Of a stretch of DNA of 64,000 nt, positions 61,401 to 64,000 are shown piece after piece. The position numbers were made by a program, and so were the translations under genes. The notes beneath the pieces are model-generated. The model worked only from the letters and a program-made list of their open reading frames with translations. It did no database searches and was not told the DNA's origin. The stretch is from Eutreptiella sp. 'Long Island Sound 2002' (taxonomy: Eukaryota; Protista; Euglenida): NCBI GenBank assembly GCA_964036045.1, contig OZ038378.1, forward strand, positions 175,398,001 to 175,462,000, written 5' to 3'. The stretch's first letter is position 1. Every line of letters starts with the position of its first letter.

Positions 61401-62584
61401 TTTTAGGTTCCAGGGCGGCAGCAGGCATTTTGTTAGCGACCACCTGAGAGCTGAGGTACAGCCTGTGGTCATCCGATGGTAATCGGACAGCGCCTGACGC
61501 TTGAAGGTGGCGGGTGCCTGGCAGTGGTATGAGGGACCAGCGGGCGGAAGCAGGTGAATTACGGTGGTTGATGGTGGGTGCACAGCAGTTGGTGAGAAGG
61601 GCAAGGAGAGGTGGGGAAGGCCGAGGAGACAGGGGGGAGGGAGGGGGGTAAGGGGCAGGGGCAAGTGAGGAGACGGACAGCGGCTCTTAGGGCCAGGAGC
61701 TCGTACCTGTACTCAGACGTACCATTGACCTTCGGCATTTGCTCGTCGGGTTGTGGGTATTTCGGGGCATGAGATCCAGAATTGGAGCCTTGTACGCCAG
61801 GCGGGCGGACGCGCCCGCGAACTTAGCAAGTTGAGGCAGGTCGAGTACTCGTAAATGTACGCGTGTGTTGCTCATGGGAGCAAAACACATGCACACAGTG
61901 CACAGGGCAATTTAACTGCGCATGTGTGCTCGTCGGGGGCCAACCCACGCATGTCCTGCACCCCATCGTTGGGCAGGAGCCGGCCGGACCCACAGGGCCA
62001 GGTAATGGGTAGCGCAGTGCTTGTTTTTTGTGAGGGGGCATACGTTGTTTCTCTTGATCCACTGCCTTCCGGTGTCCAAGACCCAGAACCCTCCTGCCCC
62101 ACACGCGTGGTTTATCCTCCTGACTGCAAGCCCGCTGCTTTCCTCCTGTTTCATTACATCAGACAATGGTCTGTGCCTATTGGAGTAGTGGTTCACCCAA
62201 TGGCCCCAAGTGATTGGGAGATCCCTGTGGTAGATTTCAACCACATGGGGAAGAAGGTGATCCGTTGCACCAAGTATGTGAGCGAGTGAAGTGGAGGCGG
62301 GAGGGAGGGAGGAGGGAGTCGGCGTAGGTGGAGTGCAGTGCAGTGGTGTGCGGTGGAGTGCAGTGCAGTGCAGTGCAGTGCAGTGCAGTGCAGTGGAGTG
62401 GAGTGGAAGAGAGTAGAGTGGAGTGGGGTGAGGTGAGTAGTGGAGAGCGTAAGTGTAAGCGTGAGTCAGTGAGCGATCCGGTGGTCCACCTGTCTGTGCA
62501 GGGAATCAGCACGTGGGCTGAAGGTATCTGCGTGTGTGCATGCGAAGGTGAGCGAGCTTGTTTGTGTGGGCCTGTGTCTCTGTC

Positions 62585-62632
<48 letters not shown>

Positions 62633-63496
62633 CTCTCGCTCTCGGTGTGTGTGTGTGTGTGTGTGTGTGTTTATAAGTAGGTGTGTGATTCAGGTGTCAA
62701 CATCTAAGGACCATTTTTCCTGCGCAGTGCAACATCAGAAGATTTTTCGAGGTAGCAGTGGGAGGAAACAGCACTCCATCATCGGTTTTTCGACGGTCAT
62801 GCTACCTGAGCAAGCGAAAGGCTTCTTACACCACCTGATTCCCAAGTGCAAAGCACCACTCCACTGCACTGCTAACTCCGGTACTGCATCGCCCATGTCA
62901 TATTGCAACAGAATTTGGCTGCTCCGAGCGCCGAATAAACAGTTGGCCCGGGGCGCCCCTCTCCAGTGCCACCAATCTTGCTGGAGGGGGTCGACGACCA
63001 ACCTCAGGGCACCCCTAACCTGGTCTCATTGCGCGATCACCCGGTGATCATCTCGCCGGATAATGCGAATCGAGGAGATCAGCTGGTCCTGTATATTTCA
63101 TGCAGGCGGAGGTTCAAGGGTCTATCAGGGCATACTCCCCAGGCGTGTACCCACCCTTGCCGCACAGTCCGCGGTATGCGTAGTCGTCCCCTTCCCGTGA
63201 ACCTGCTGGGACTACACAGCCCCTTTGGGCAAGGACTGCACAGCCTCTTTGAGTGTGCATGATGCCGAATTGGTACCCTTCGTCAGCACTCAGGCGCCAT
63301 TGCCGAAGGTGATTGCATCAGTTGCGCTGCCCCCCGGCATCAGCACCAGTGCATATGATTGGGTTGGGCCACGGGCTGGACCATGAACGCTGTGGTTTGC
63401 AGGTGCCGCACGTACATCAACCCGTTCTTCACGTTCACTGATGGGGGGCACAGGATGGTTTGCAATGTCTGCAAGACGCCGAATGTCGTGCCGCCG
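55443..63496 (+). CDS. SEC24: COPII cargo adaptor Sec24, 5' part (continues beyond the window)
   Basis: Phase-consistent exons 55443-56324, 58995-59122, 60226-60315, 62163-62273, 63403-63496. P/Q/G-rich N-terminus, [60 protein letters not shown] (Sec23/24 zinc finger). Confidence 0.88.
55532..55830 (+). repeat. Coding 39-nt tandem repeat ([13 protein letters not shown]), 7 copies plus a partial
   Basis: Counted from the translation of SEC24 exon 1. Confidence 0.92.
59414..59551 (+). mobile_element. 5'-truncated (CCT)n-tailed retroposon, copy 3, with target-site duplication
   Basis: Module as at 19437 and 43756. Imperfect ~22-bp direct repeats ccccccttccccctgacccctag (59391-59413) and cccccctccccctgaccctaag (59552-59573). 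Confidence 0.75.
59855..59995. repeat. Degenerate ~28-30-bp tandem repeat (accatttgg core)
   Basis: acaccatttggt-like words recur at ~30-bp spacing. Confidence 0.55.
62326..62430. repeat. (GTGCA)n/(GTGGA)n pentamer microsatellite
   Basis: Read directly. Confidence 0.9.
62580..62670. repeat. (CT)n followed by (GT)n microsatellites
   Basis: Read directly. Confidence 0.95.
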
Positions 63497-64000
63497 GTAT
63501 CGTGTTTGCTGTGCAAAGGCTGTATTTGCATCGAAAGGCAAGTCCACAGCAGGGCAGCAATTTTCAGCACCGAACCGAAAGAGAGAGAGAGAGGGAGAGG
63601 GAGACGAGAGTATGTGTGTGTCATGCAAAGTAGTGATGCCAGATATGGAGGTTGTGACACATGGGGCCAGGGACAGTAAGAGCGAAAGCCCTGTTGTTGC
63701 GTGGGTGCCGTAGCCCCTTGGAGTGCAACCAACAGCGGGTTGGCCGTGGTTGCAGGATATTGGCAACGGTCAGGCGGGGTATCAATGGCATTAGGCGTGC
63801 AGGGCTGCATTGCGACAGGATTTTGTTGGTGTTGATCATAGGAGCCCCCGGTTTCAGTAAGACCCCCCGCAAAATCTTCTGTTGGAATGCAGAAGGAGAC
63901 GTGCGACTGTCAAGGGTCGATCTGCAGGGCATGCCACGGAAGCGTGTGCCCCATGCTCCGAGCACGGGAATCCCGGTTCGGTCATTCCACGGACCCAACC

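Noticed and set aside
13728-63496. Euglenid non-conventional introns
   Set aside because: All introns needed to build TRPV-like, CDC37 and SEC24 are canonical GT-AG

Overview
Repeat-rich eukaryotic nuclear DNA with GT-AG introns, many (CA/GT)n tracts and long poly-C/G runs. The host may be a euglenozoan or similar protist (inference only). Three host genes can be reconstructed exon by exon: a TRPV-like ankyrin-repeat cation channel (+, 13728-25788, 5' exons not identified), CDC37 (-, 35283-34130, 4 exons, 266 aa) and SEC24 (+, from 55443, running off the window). There are also exons of an unrecognised + strand gene (41657-42841 and probably further on). The main mobile element is an apparently full-length ~8.4 kb APE-type non-LTR retrotransposon (4629-12990). 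It has a candidate minimal HDV/CPEB3-like self-cleaving ribozyme at its predicted 5' end, a clean 2,168-bp internal inversion that restores both reading frames when flipped back, a ~150-165 aa in-frame insertion inside the RT palm and a (GC)n(AC)n target-site duplication. Other elements: a short-retroposon family whose head resembles the trypanosome ingi/L1Tc ribozyme signature, (CCT)n-tailed and tRNA-derived SINE-like pieces, a ~13-copy ~198-bp satellite whose monomer also occurs head-to-head in a foldback element, a hAT-like MITE, and relics of a Gypsy integrase and a hAT transposase. All calls come from manual reading; no searches or folding programs were run.
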